From: the human T2T-CHM13v2.0 reference genome, Homo sapiens
Assembly: GCF_009914755.1 (NCBI RefSeq)
Contig: NC_060929.1
DNA length: 64,000 bases
Direction: 5' to 3' (one strand)
Positions 15,945 through 30,011 of the stretch are shown here, piece by piece. The notes beneath the pieces were generated by a model. That model saw only the letters and a program-made list of their open reading frames with translations. It ran no database searches and had not been told where the DNA came from. Position 1 is the first letter of the stretch, and each line of letters opens with the position of its first letter. The position numbers and the translations under genes were made by a program.

Positions 15945-17535
15945 CTGATTATCTGTTCCTATAATGAAAATCTGTTGCATTTGCCCAAAATCCATTCTCC
16001 CTTTCTCTTGGAGAATCATCCCCTCCTCCTTTCTGAGTCAGACCATTTTGATTGAGAATTACAGCTCCAGGGGTGAGCAAGTGATCCAAACTAAGACACA
16101 GTACTCCTTGTCCCCTTGCAGGGCCAGCTTCATTGGGGAATGTGTGAGCCATGTAAATATATAGGACCCTGCAGTCGGAAGGGTCTCACAATTGGCTTAA
16201 TGTGTTACAGCCTCTGTCTCAAAATAGGTAATAATTTTGTTTCTGAACTTGTGTTTTTTAAGGAAAATCCAATGGGACAATAAGGTTTCCATGTGAGCAG
16301 AGTAAATATGCACAATGTCCATCACTCCATGCTACCCCATTCACTCATAACATTTGCATGTAGCATTCACATGGCCCCATGAATACAGAATTTCAGTACA
16401 TTAGAGTTCAGTGATATTCAAAGCAGGAAGGTATCATTTGCATCTAAAACTGAATAATTGAGGGCCCTGAAAGCCACATTTTTCTTTTGAGCCAGAATTT
16501 CCTTCAATAGGAAAAGAAGGCAATTGCATTCTAAGAAACACGGGTGACCAGAGAACCCTATCATATTCATTTTTTCCAGTGTAACATTCCTGTATTATAC
16601 AACCACTTAGCTGATAATGACGACATTCTAGAAGGAAAGGAAAAAACGGGGCAACTCAGAATTCCTTTTTCTTTTGGTCCTTCCTTACTCATCAATGAGT
16701 GGGACCTAGAGAATATTGACAGAATGAGGACATATCAAGAAGTGAAGTTAGTATGATGCAGCATCTCTACATTTCTGGTAAGAACAAAATCCATATGCAT
16801 GAGAAAGTTTATACAACATAAATTTTGTAATTTTGACGAATTTGTATATGAATTAAATGTCATTTAAAACTGGCATTGCATATATAAAGACAAATGGTAA
16901 GGTCTATGCTAATCATTTAAAATTTAAATTTTCTTTACTTAGAATGACATTAAACAGCAAATAAAAAACACCATGACAAGTTGAATGTGAGCATGGAAGA
17001 AAGAAACTTCATATTTAATCACCTTTAACAGCACTCTTTTCTTACTTTTTGAACAAGAAACTTCACACTTTCATTACTCACTAAGCCCCACAAATTGTGT
17101 AGCTAGGCCTTCTTCCTGGCCACCGCAATTGGTTCAGAATGGGCATATGAATTAATCAAGGCCAATGAGAGTTAAGATCATGGAGTTTTTGGGGTTTTGC
17201 CTTTTTATTAAAAAAAAAAAACAAAAAACTTTTATTTTGGTTTTCTTTCCCCTGGAGCAAAGAAATATAGAATGTCTCTTTCCACTGAAAGCGATTAGGA
17301 ATACAACCCTGGAGCTCCTAATGGTCATCTTACTGCTGAATAATGAAAATGCCAGAGAAAAAAAATGACCCCAGAGGTAGAAAAAGATTCCTCACGGTAT
17401 CATCTGAGCATCTGAGCCCAGCCATGCCTGCTCCTCCTATGTTTCTATTTTGTTCGGACTAGTTGAGATCAATTCCCCTTTTGCTCAAGCTAGTTGGAAC
17501 CAAGTTTCTATTATTTACAATCAAAATATTCTTGC
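15945..17535 (+). mobile_element. Old MaLR LTR (MLT1K/L-like) split by a DNA transposon; halves about 15945-16118 and 17112-17535
   Basis: ggccaccgcaattggttcagaatgggcat...gctcaagctagttggaacc..tttctattatttacaatc resembles late MLT1 LTRs. Confidence 0.55.
16119..17111 (+). mobile_element. hAT-Tip100 Zaphod-family non-autonomous DNA transposon
   Basis: Left end cagggccagcttcat...gaacttgtgttttt..ccaatgggacaat; right end tttgaacaag...gccccacaaattgtgtagctaggcct. Confidence 0.7.
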
Positions 17536-18527
17536 TATTAGTATTCCCTTGACACACACCTTTGATGTGCTCCTGCTCCTTTGCCTGTGGAATAAAGGCA
17601 GTCCTTATGAATTTAGCATTTACTCCAGGCTCCTACCCGACTTTCCACTTTTTCCTTCCATTATGCAAGCCGCACACTTGTGTTCTGGCTGGCCACCCCC
17701 CTCTGCTCCTGGTTGTGCCTTCCTACTTGTGCTTTACTTTTACTATTTCCGTCTACACCTAGAGACCATGTGACCTCACTTACTGCCTCATAATGCTGCA
17801 TCACATCTTTCAATACCCACCTGCAATGTTCTTTCTCTAGAATGATCTCCCTGTTTGTCCTCAAAACCATGTTCTTTCCATTTCTTTAAACATTGTTATT
17901 TCAAATATACACTTGTGTAATAATAATTATCTATATCCCTCACTAAATTGTACATATTTCAAAGGTATCCGAATTTTCTACAGTGTCTAGCGCAGATACT
18001 GGTACATACTTCTTGTTCAATAAGTACTAGTTGAATTGAATTAAGTGGAGGACTGAAAAACAACTGAGAAGAAAATTCAAAACACTCAGGAGGGTAGGAA
18101 GAATCAGAAACCTTGATGAACTCCGGCAGTGATCTCTTAAGTAGGCTATTTTGTGTCATTCTTAATGTTATTTTTGCCTGAGGGAAGACACAATAAATAA
18201 CATTTTAAAAAACCAGATAATCTATTCCTGCTTAATGCTTAGGATAAAATGGACAGTTCAGTTCATCAAGGAGACAAACTCTACCAGCTTCGGCTCTGAG
18301 TCTCTCAAGTTGCAGTTATCATCTTTTAGGCCAAAAGTAGCACTTCGAAATAGAAAGTCTCATATCATATACTAAACTGTTTTAGGTTCAATAGAAGCAT
18401 AAATTCAAAAAGGTCAAAGTCACACTTTTTTTTTACATTTTTATGGGTACATAGTAGGTATATAATTTTCATCCATCCCTTCCTCCCTTCTACTCCTAAA
18501 ATACAGAAAGTATTCAATAAACACTAG

Positions 18528-18843
<316 letters not shown>

Positions 18844-19009
18844 TGAAAGTTTTTAACTAAAAAACTTTTAGTTATTATCAAAATCTCGTCCTGAAATATT
18901 TCTTTCATAATTTTTATTTTCGTGCTCTAATGTAAGTGGTACCTTGAAAAATAGAATACAACGTGATTAGTGCCACTAGAATAGTACCCCTGACATTCTG
19001 CGATGCTCT

Positions 19010-19422
19010 AGCTCCTTCTTAGTTTGGGTTTCTCCATAAACAAACCCTGAGACAATGATGTGGGTGCAAGAGGTTTTGCAGGGAGGTGATGCCAGGAAGT
19101 ACGGTGAAGAAGTAGAAAAGTGAGAGAGCAGAGGAGGGGATGTGTTAGTAAGGGGTGAATAAATGAGCAAGTTGTTGCTGTAGGCAATTGGGTGTCAATG
19201 CTACTGACGACCCTCTGAGAGTCTTTGTGCAACACACCCTGAGATTCCCATCCCTCACTGGCTGAACATCACTCCAGGGGAAATTAACTCTACAGCACCT
19301 CCACATGTTCCTTGGCAGCCATGCTCTTGCAGCTAGATAATACCACTAGGCAAAGAGACACAGAAGCCATGTGTGATTGTCCTAGGATAGGCTGAGGGGA
19401 TATGACTGACTGCATTTGCTAC
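19010..19422 (-). mobile_element. ERVL solo LTR (LTR16-like)
   Basis: aaaccctgagacaa..gggtgcaag..gggaggtgatgccaggaag; ends ggggatatg...catttgctaca. Confidence 0.7.
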
Positions 19423-19459
19423 AGGTCCTGATAAGCGTAATATGACATACTCCTGAAGC

Positions 19460-20520
19460 ATCAATATTTTATCTATTGTGCATCTGCTGTGTGCTAGACA
19501 TTGTTCTAGATGTAAAAGGTATAAAATTGAAAATAACGGATGGAAATCTCTTCCATTATGAAACTTGTACACCATTAGAAAAGACAGATATTAACTCATA
19601 TATTATACAAATATATGAAGCATGTTTTATGAAGTTCAATGCATATAATGATAACTTGATCTTGTCTGAGAAGTTAAGGATGGGTTCATAGAGAAAATGA
19701 GATTTGAGATGAGGAAAGAAAGGTAAATAAGACTGCACTATGAGACACTGAATACATTTAAAAATGCAAATATGGCTGAAGTGCAGAGATAAAGGACAAA
19801 GAGGAGCAGCAGGTCAGGCTAGAAAGGCCAGCAGAGGCCAGATTATTTGGCACCCTGAGGGATATGTTAAAAACTATAGTTTCAAAATAGGAACAATGGA
19901 AAGTCACTGAAGGATTTTAAGAGAGAATATTATGTGGCAAGAAAACTGTTTTGAAAGACTTCTTTGCCTATCCCTTGTAGGAATTGGTTTAGAAAAGTGC
20001 AGAGTAGGTGTGAGAAGTACACTTTAGAGAACATAAGTGATAAAAATTGTGTGGATAAAAATTGTGGCTTAAGCTAGATAGTCACAAAGTAGATGAACTG
20101 ATATAAAAATGGCATGACATGATGATAAATTAGACATGGAAGAAGAAGTATCCATGAAGATACTTCCATTTCTACCTCTGGCTTCCGCTCACTGGACCCC
20201 CATAAAGGCAGACACTGTCTTGTTCTCTGCTGTACTGTAGTAACTCATATAGTGCCTGGATTACAGAGCAGGCCTATATTTTTGATAAATATTAGGGAAG
20301 GAACAGATTTGGTGAGGGAAGTACCTTTGAGAGTACCATACCATTGAGACCTCCAAGTGGCAATACTGAGTAAGCATTTGGAATAGAGAGTCTGCAGCTC
20401 GCAGGGGGTCTGGTCTGGAGATTTAAATCTGGAATAGTCACATATACTTGATAATTGAAATCCAGGTCATATTTGTTATTGCCTGGTGAGAGAATTTAGT
20501 ATAAGAAGAAACGCTTGAGG
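19460..20520 (-). mobile_element. L2 fragments
   Basis: tgtgtgctagacattgttctag..., ggaaagtcactgaaggattttaag, gagacctccaagtgg, ggtctggagatttaaatctgg. Confidence 0.65.
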
Positions 20521-21929
20521 AACTTGATTGTCCACAAATTAAACCTAATGTATAACTGCAAATAAATTTCTCCTTTGAAAGCTATGTAAATATTTATAAG
20601 TTATTCTTATATAAATATGTTGGGAAGACAATAGTTTTGGTGTTGTTTTTGCTTTGTTTTATTTTTTTACCTCATCTTGATTTCTCAGTCTCTTAGAGAT
20701 AATTTTGTTTTTCTCTCAGACATAATTTTCATCCAGACACAAACACACAACTGGTTCTCACATTTTAAAAGTCTCTGATAAATCTTAACACAGTTTGAAC
20801 TATTATAAAAAAAGAAAAATATTCTACTATTTCAAATCACTCCCTTAGCTTCTAAATTTTCTAAAATGCAGAGCTAATTACTTAGTGGGATATAATGGCA
20901 AATAAAATTAAATGGAAAGAGGCACAGAATTGTCAATAGAAAGAATCCCAGAATCAAAACAACTGCTTACTTGTCGGTTGATAAACTGAAGAGCAGAAAA
21001 CCTGTTTGTAAAGGTTGTTCTTTTTTTTTCCTTTAGCAGAAAGAGAACATATGCATGTAATGAATAGTCTATATTTTATATCTAACAATACCACACATAT
21101 ACAGGAAAGCACTTAATCTCTGAGATCCTATAACCATATGTCAACTAGAAAAACAGTGGCTAAATGTATTTACAGCATTGACAACAAAGCCAAATAAATG
21201 GAAACTTCGGGACATTCTTACTTCAAAGCTTACTTCAGTTTAAATTTTCCCTGAATATTTGTTTAAGCTCCATAAGGTTAAGGGAAAAAATATATATAAA
21301 TGAGATAAAGTGATATCCTCCAAGTCATAAAGAGCAGATAGGAGATTTAGATAAGGGCATGTCTTAGACCAGGGCTGTCTTCATCAGGCTACATTTTCAT
21401 TTTTCCCTCCTTGCGAGTTCTTCTATTAAAATGAATCTCTGCTCTATCATGTAGATTAACCCAAGGGTCATCATTCTAAAAATGCAAGAGAAGTGAAATA
21501 TGAGGTGTGTATTTGAATTTTACTGAGTCATCACCATCTGCTTATAAATGAATTAGAAAACCAATAAAAAATAGGCTCACATAGTTACACCCACAATGAA
21601 TCTGTCCATTAGGGGATAATCAGCCGTGAGTTACTTAGGGTGGTTTTACCGCTGGGTGGCGTACTGCCCACCTCCGAGTAGCATGTAACTGGCTCTTCCT
21701 CTGCTTCCGGGATTATATACATGAAATGTCAAGAATCAGACTTACTTAATTTTAGGTTTTGAAAATATGAATGAGGAAAATACAGTTTCTGAAATCTGAC
21801 ATATAAGTAAAATGAGATGTATGAAGGACTTGCCTCTAGGGAACAAAAATTTAGTAGTAAATCATTCCTACATTTGATTAGATTCTGTGTATTACATCTT
21901 CTAGAATTTTGTAATCAATGTAGAAGTTC

Positions 21930-23165
21930 CCCCACATGGAAAGCTCCAGTCTCTATCTCTCCCCCGAGTTCCAGACTCACATCAACTTCATAGTCACTTC
22001 TCCACTAGGTTATTCCATAGAAATCTCCAAAACCCAATTCCAGACTGCTATCTTCTCCCTCCGTATCTGTCCCTCCTTTAGCTTTCCCTATGACATTAAG
22101 TTGCCTTCCAGGCACCCAGCTTCTTAAACCAGAAACATAAGAACCAGTGCATTCCTTCACACAGCACATAAAATTTATCAGCAAATCTATTGTTGCCATA
22201 TGAAAAATATTCATAGAGTCCATACATTCTTCTCCAACTCTGCTGCCACTACCTTTGTGAAAGCCACTATCAATTCTCTTCTGCATAACTGCATTATCTC
22301 CCTGCCTAACTTCCCTGCTTCTAAACTCACACCATACCCAAATTAATAGTAGCCACAGTGATCATACAAAAATATAAATCTGATCACATCATTTCCCAAT
22401 TAAAATTCTTTATTATTTTGCTGTGAACCTAAAACTATTCTAGAAAATAAAGTATATTGATAAAAAATAAAAGCTTTCACTAGCATTCAAATGAATTTCA
22501 AATAAAACTTAAACCTCTTTTTATGGTCAAAGGTGAGGCTCTGCAAGACTGGGCTCCGCCTACTTGGCCCACGTACTCCCCATCAGCACTCTACAGTATA
22601 CTCACTGCTACTGAGTCACAGAGCTGAGTCAGAAGCTGCTCAGATGCTCCAGATCTTTCCCACTTTAGGATTTCTGCATGTGCTGAACTGTTTGCCTGGA
22701 ATTTTCTTTCTCTTTTCTCTGCTTATCCCTTATTGTTCCTTTTAATCTTTCTGGGCCCAATCTAAATGCCATCTTCTCCAAGAGTCCTTCCAGAGTCACC
22801 CAATCTAAAGAGAAACATCCTCTCCTCACACCCTTATTCTCCACCCAACACCTGGTAACTCGTTCTTTCTTTTTTTCTCTTAGACAAATAGAAAGTGTAT
22901 ATATGTATCATGTACAACATGTTCTTTTGAAATATATATACTTTGTGGAATGGCTAAATCTAGCTAATTAACGAATTCATTATCTCTTACATGCTTTATC
23001 TCTGGCAACATTTAATTAGATGTTGTGCACCCTGTTTAGTTACTTATTCCTTGTTTTTCCCACAAGATTGTGAGCTTTGTGAGGGCTAGGCTTTGTTTAC
23101 TAACTAATGTATAACAAGCAGCCACTACAGTGTAAGCATTCAATAAATACTTGCTGAATAAATGA
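21930..23165 (+). mobile_element. L2 3' region with a small minus-strand L1MA fragment (about 22870-23000) inside
   Basis: ctaaatgccatcttctcc..., gattgtgagctttgtgaggg, cattcaataaatacttgctgaataaatga; insert ttgtggaatggctaaatctagctaattaac. Confidence 0.75.
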
Positions 23166-23773
23166 GTGACACCATAAAGTGGTAAGCACTTCCCCTTGGG
23201 GCATCATTACATAATCTTCAAATATGAGCCTGGCTGACAACCTACTGAATTCAAAACCCACTGCGAGTAAGAAACTAAAACAAAAACCACAACCTGAAAT
23301 TTTTTGCTGCAAAAGATGATTTTTTTCTCTCATTTGAAACATGCTGACCATAGAGTGTCCTATTGATGCCTCCAATTTCAAAACTCTTCTTAGATCTTGA
23401 GTTTTTGTTCTTAATCTTTCCCCAGTTTAAAATGAGTGTTTTGGTCAGCATTAAGGCATATACCATGTTGACTTCAGCACAGTGAAATGAAAATGTAAGA
23501 CTTTTATTTCCAGAAAGTTAATTATTTTGGATGTCATGAGAAGCTGAAGTCTCAAACATTTCTAATCTTTCTCAATCAGCATTTCCCAAAATTTTTTTCT
23601 AAGGAAAACAGTTGTTCCAAGAAGTGCTAACATATTATGCAATAATGCACGTATACACATCTATGTAACTACCTACTTGCATAAGGTTTTGTATAGTCAA
23701 AAATATAGGAAATACTGAATTAAACAAAGATAAACAGGTCTATAATTGTCTTCTCAGACAGCCTTTATTAATA

Positions 23774-25890
23774 CAGGCATACCTCTGAGATATTGCAAGT
23801 TCAGTTCCGGCTATCACAATACAGCAAGTCACACAAACTTTTTGTTTTCCCAGTGCATATAAAAGTTATGTTTACACTGTACTGTAGAATATTAAGTATA
23901 GAGTAGCATATCTACAAAACAATGTATGTAACTTAACTTAAAAATACTTTATTGCTAAAAAAAATGTTAATCATCTGAGCCTTCAGTGAGTGTAATCTTT
24001 TTGCGGGTGGATGGTCTGACCTCAGTGTTGATGGCTGCTGAGGTAGTAGTCATCAGTTGATAACTGATCAGGTAGTAGGTGCTAAAGTTCGGAGGGGCAG
24101 TGGCAATTTTTAAAAATAAGACAGTAATACAATTTGGCACATTGATTGACTCTTCCTTTAATGCAAAATTTCTCTCTGTCCCATGTGATGCTGTTTGACA
24201 GCATTTTACCTGTAGTGGAGCTTGTTTCAAAACCGACGCCAAGTCTCTCAAATGCTGCTGATGCTTTATCAACTCAGTTTATGTAATATTCTAAATATTT
24301 TGTTGTCATTTCAATAGTGTTCACAGCATCTTCACCAGGAATAGATTTCTTCTCAAGAAACCGCTTTCTTTGCTCATCCACAAGAAGAAACTCCTCATCA
24401 GTTCACATTTTATCATGAGATTGCAGCAATTCAGTAGCATCTTCAGACTCCACTTCTAATTCTAGTTCCTTTGCCATTTCCACCACATCTGCAGTTACTT
24501 CTTCCACTGAAGTCCTGAACCCCTCAAAGCCATTTTTGAAAGTTGGAATTAGCTTCTTCTAAACTCCTATTTGACCTCCTCTCATGAATCCTAAATGTTC
24601 TTAATGACATCTGGAATGATGAGTCCTTTCCAGAAGATTTTCAATTTACTTTGCCCATCAGAGGAATCACTATATGGCAGCCATAGCTGTACAAATTGTA
24701 TTTCTTAAATAATAAGACTTGAAAGCCAAAATTATTCCTTGCTCCATAGGCTGCAGAATAGATGTGTGTTAGCAGGCATGAAAACAACATTAAACTTCTT
24801 GTATATCTCCATTAGAGCTCATGGGCGACCAGGTGCATTGTCAATGGTCAGTAATAATTTGAAAAAAAATCTTTTCTTTTCTGAGCAGTAGGCCCCAATT
24901 ATGGGTTCAAAATACTTAGTAGACCATGTTGTTAACAGACGTGCTAACATCCAGGCTTTGTTGCTTCATTTATAGAGCACAGGCAGAGTAGAGTTGGCAT
25001 GATTATTAAGGGCTATTGGATTTTTAGAGGGGTAAATGAGCGTTGGCTTCAACTTAAATTCACTAGCTGCATTAGCCCCTAACAAAAGAGTAAGTTTGTT
25101 CTTTGAAACTTTGAAGCTGGGCACTGACTTCTCCTTTCTAACTATGAAAATTCTACATGTTATCTTCTTCCCATATGAGGATGTTTTATCTGTATCGAAA
25201 ATATATTATTTAGTGTACACACCTTCATCAATTATCTTACCTAGATTTTCTGGATAACTTGCTGCAGCTTCTACATCAGCCTTTACTGCTTTACCTTGCA
25301 CTTTTATGTTATACAGAAGGCTTCTTTTCTTATACCTCATGAACTAACCTCTGCTAGCTTCCAACATTTCTTCTGCATTTTCTTACCTCTCTCAGCCTTC
25401 ATAGAGTTTAAGAGTTAGAACTTTGCTCTGGATTAGGCCTTGGGTTAAGGGAATGTTATGGCTGGTTTGATCTTACATACAGACCATGAAAACTTTTGTC
25501 ATATCAGCAATAAGGCTGTTTTCTCTTCTTAGCGTTCAACTGTTCACTGGAGTAGTCCTTTTAATTTCCTTCAGTAACTCTTCCTTTGCAGTCACAACTT
25601 GGTTAACCATTTGGTGCAAGAGGTCTAGCTTCCAGCCTGTCTGAGCATCACACATGACTTCTTCACTAAGCTTAATCATTAAGTTTTTGAATTAAAGTGA
25701 GAGACATCTTTCTTTCACTTGAACACCTAGAGGCCATTGTAGGGTTATTAACTGACATAATTTCAATATCGTTCTGTCTCAGGGAATAGGGAGACCCACG
25801 GCAAGGGAGAGAGATGGGGCCGGCCTGTTGGTAGAGCAGCCAGAACACGCACATTTATTAAGTTAGCCATCTTCTATGGGCAGGGTTCAT
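23774..25890 (-). mobile_element. Tigger1 DNA transposon: degenerate transposase, one TIR intact, 5' end missing
   Basis: TA plus caggcatacctc TIR at 23772-23785. The minus-strand ORF fragment NNPTMASRCSSERK..SLTL.QKL matches the Tigger1 transposase N-terminus (MASKCSSERK..). Confidence 0.92.
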
Positions 25891-26015
25891 ACCCATCACC
25901 TCAAATACTTCACATTACTCTATTGTGAGAACACTTAAAATCTATTTTTAAGCTATTTGAAATATATAATACATCATCATTAACTATAGTCACCACAGCC
26001 TATTCCTCCTATCTA
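25888..26015 (-). mobile_element. L1MA 3' fragment
   Basis: catcacctcaaatactt...gtgagaacacttaaaatcta...taactatagtcacc. Confidence 0.7.
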
Positions 26016-26794
26016 AATGGAGATGTTGGTCAGGGCTATAATTTTTATTAAAGCTAAGACTTGAAATGGAATTATGAAAATAGAATATATATCACTGAGA
26101 AATGAGATATTTATTAATTATCTAATGAGGTAACTCAAATTGAATTTTGAATACTAAGAGCAATAAAAGGGCAAATGATGAAATAACATCATCAAGAACT
26201 CATCAGCTTCAAACTCATTTATCATTGCCCACCTACCATCATTTCAGTCACTTGACATTATACCCAAGAATCATTAACACATTACTGAAACACTTGCTTT
26301 GCTTTAAAGTGTTGTATAATTTACTGTAAGTGGCATGCTAAACTTTTCCATCCTTATACACTTTGATACTAATGATGTTTTGAATACTTACAGTTTACTA
26401 ATGGCTAAAATACATTATAAAGAGTTTACTGCTTAATTACCTATTTTAATTCATAGCAGAGCTTAAGCAGTAGGCAAAAATAAATTGCAATAAAATTTTA
26501 TAGATAAGCTAAATTGAGTTTCTGGTGAGTATAAATGTTCTCTTCTCTTGAAATAAACTCAGAAAATAAAATAATCAATAATTTAAGGTATTTTTACCTT
26601 CTGCTATATGCACAACTATTTTATAAATAACGGTTTTATGTTCTAGTTTTAATGAAGAATTATGAAAAGCATATTCTAATAACCTATGAACTGATACATA
26701 TCTAAAATAATCTATGACCATACAATTATTCGGATTAAGGTATAATGAAAAGCACATATTATTTGGGGTCCAAAAAACATGGACTCTGTCACTG

Positions 26795-27460
26795 ATATAT
26801 TTATTCAACACATTTTATTGAGCTTATACTATATGCCAGTCACTTTTGAGGTACTCGGGATACTGTAGAGAGCAAGACAAAATATTTACCCTTATGGGAC
26901 TTACATTCTAGGAATGAAGACAGGCAAACAACAAAGCACAGAGTAAAGCAATCCATGTTATAAAAAAATGATACGAATCTATAATAAAAAGGGAGGAGTG
27001 ATGGAGAGAGGGGACCAATGTGATAAAGTAGGCAGGGAAGTACTCTTCAGGGAGAAAGCATTTGAGAAGAAACTTGAATGAAGGTAGGAAAGTGAGCCAT
27101 TTTAAGACCTAATAAAAGAGTATTCCCAGAAAAGGGAGCCAAAGGTACTTTTTCCCAGAAAAGCACCTATGTCCTCAAGAGGAATAAGCTTGGCAGGTCT
27201 AAGGAGCATGAGAAAGTCATTGTGACCAGACTGAGCATTGTACAAGATGAGGTAGGCAGATAGCTTGTCTGTGGTAAGGGTTGTGGGTGTTACTGAGCGT
27301 GATAAGAAGACCCTAGAAGTTTGAGTGTGTTTCATTCTAGGACTTAGGTTTTCAAATGTTCAGTCTAGCTGCTGAATGGAGAACCAACAGTAGTTAGGCA
27401 GAATGAACAGGGAGATTTTAGTAGCTTAGTAATAGTCTTCCAAGTGAGACACGAAGGTGC
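26795..27460 (-). mobile_element. L2 fragment
   Basis: ttattcaacacattttattgagcttatactatatgccag..., gcatttgagaagaaacttgaatgaagg. Confidence 0.75.
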
Positions 27461-28289
27461 CACTTACGAACACATGAACAAGTTACTCAGCCTATCTGGC
27501 CTCAGTTTCCTCACCTACAGGCTGTGAGTTGTAAATGAGTTCTCATTACATGCAACTTAAATTCTGCATTAAAGGTTAAACAAACTTCAGTGGCTGACTA
27601 CAAGATTCTGTATCTAAAATCAACATTGAATTGAAATTCAACCCTGGGCAAAACTGAAGTGGTCTTTCACAGAATTTATTTCATATGTACTGTATAAATT
27701 TTGGAAGAAGCACTATAAAAATAGCATTAAAAAGTGACAGCAACTCTAACATGTAAAAATAACAATTCTGAATATGTTGCTGTTTTTCTCCCTGAGGATG
27801 TACTTTTGTAAACCTGTTTTTTTTTCAAAGAACCATTTATCATCCTTCAAAGCATTAAATGTCCTTCAAAAAACATAAATTTTTACTTGTTTGCAGGCCT
27901 ATATAATTATAAACAATGCTTTGATAATGCTTGTGTGTAAATCCCTGCATGCCTAGCTGGTTATTTCCATAGTAAATATTCTTGAGAGTAGAATGTTTGA
28001 GGCAGTCGAAAAAAAATAATACATATATATATATACATTTAATGCATTTAACATCATTGCCAAATTTATTTCCAGAAACTTATTCCAATAACCCTTTTAA
28101 CATGTGACTGACAAAAATATTTTTGACCTTTCCATGGCTTTTCTGAGACCTTTAAAGCCCTCTTTTTTACATCTTATAGTTTCTATCTCTGCCTGTTTTT
28201 CTTGGGAAGTGTCCATGCTCCAGACTTTTCTTCAGATCTAACACTGCACAAGTCTACACACTCAAAACCTCCCTAGGTGTGGAGTCATA

Positions 28290-28920
28290 GCTGACAATAT
28301 TGATTCCCTGCATAACTGCCTTTCTCACCCTTCTCCCTAGCCAATAGCGACACTAGCTTGTTTAGGTATCAGATTGCCAGCAATACATCGTATTTAAGGC
28401 AAGGAGGTACCTCTTCCAATCCCGGGAATGGGGCAATAAATATTTATATTTGTAATTCATTGATGGGAAAAGGTCATTCTTCTATTTTCTAATTCCATTG
28501 TCTTTCCAACGAATTAATGGCATGCGAATGATATTAAACCAATCAAACATAAGAAGAAACATGCTGGGGGCTTCTGGAACAGCAATCCATGCTTCCCAGA
28601 CAATAGAAAAGAAGTAATTCTCTAACTGCTCTGGCCACTGTCCTGCTTCATACTTTTGAATGGAAATGTGATAGACGGAAATTTAGTAGCCATTGTGTAG
28701 CTGCTACACATTTAGTTACTACATTTCAAGATAAAAACAAGCACGTCAAGGGTGGCAGAACAAAAGGATCAAAAGTGCCTGGCTTCTTGATGACATCACT
28801 CAGACACTGAACAAATTGTTCACCTAAATGCTTCTTATTATGTGAGATAATTCAATGTTTTATTGTTTAAAGCCACTGTTTTAATTTTTTTCATTACTTG
28901 CTGTTGAATATATCCTATTC
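28290..28920 (+). mobile_element. Old MaLR LTR (MLT1-like)
   Basis: ggtggcagaacaaaagga...cttcttgatgacatc...ttgtttaaagccactg...ttacttgc. Confidence 0.5.
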
Positions 28921-29079
28921 AATAAACGAGGATATCTAATCAATCTCTCTACAAGTAGACATTCATTTGTTTCCTGAGCCACCACCATTAATTTGAATGT
29001 CAGTGGGGTTCATTTAGTCTGAACTGGGGGCTTCAATATCGTAACTCAGGATAACAGTTACATAGTATGGTGTTCATGA

Positions 29080-29445
29080 GAATTTGCCTGCAGAACTCAA
29101 TGACAGGAAGCTTAACTGGCCAGAGACTCAGCTGCTATACTCTGAAACCCTTGTCTGCATTTGTGCTGAGGCCAATGACTGAACACGGCAGGGATTTTAA
29201 GGCAGGCCCATCCCTGGGAAACAGGAGACTCCCCTGACAGCCAACTTTAATATGAAGATTCCCAATGGCATTGCCACACCTTCCCCACAATCTTCTTTTG
29301 CTGTCATCTTCAATGAGGATCAGACTTGAGTTGCAACCTGATGGTTCTCCCACCTTCCCCAGATCCCACTCCATTTCTCTCAAAGGTGTTTCTCCTAGTA
29401 AAAACTTTGCATGTTAAATCCAATCTCAGAGGACTTAGACTCACA
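29080..29445 (+). mobile_element. ERVL solo LTR (LTR16C-like)
   Basis: ggccaatgactgaacacggcaggga..aaggcaggcccatccctggga...gatcagacttg...ttgcatgttaaatcc. Confidence 0.65.
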
Positions 29446-30011
29446 TGCATGGTATAAATATCAACTACTAACCCTTTACCTGTACCTTTTCCACTGAGCC
29501 CAGATTTGACTTCTGAATAATTCTCAATCCAGTATTTCATTGCAACCACTATTAATAAGTAGTGGTTTTCATGCTAGATGAAACCTTTATACCATATCTG
29601 TCTTACCCTAAAGGAGTATTTACTGTTCACGTGCCAAGAGTTGTGTCATACTGGAAAGGGAAAAAAATAAAGCTATGATATCTTAGGCACTTCTCACATA
29701 GCTCCTTTATATACTTCCAAAGAGTCCCAGGCCTAATATATTCATTAGAAACTCAGAATGACAGTAAAGGTTTTAGTCAACAGGTTTTTTGTTTGTTTGT
29801 TTGTTTGGCTGTCTAGCTTTTCATTTCCTCTTCCAAACTGCACTCAGTTTGTTAAGGGGTTAGATTACTGGATAAAATCTGGTGAGATTATCGAGAGACC
29901 TGGCTTCCCTTAGAGCAAATAGATAATTCTTCCCTTCAACTGAATTTTGAGAAAGGGAAAAGATACTGAAAATGGTCGAAATTTTAGTCCTTCTTACTAG
30001 TGGCATCATGA

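Noticed and set aside
21740-21800. Minus-strand GTAAGT donor defining a small exon
   Set aside because: The acceptor is weak and ambiguous, with no other support.
22870-26015. The two minus-strand L1MA fragments as one element split by Tigger1
   Set aside because: They appear to overlap in consensus position, and L2 and other sequence lies between them; independent insertions are simpler.
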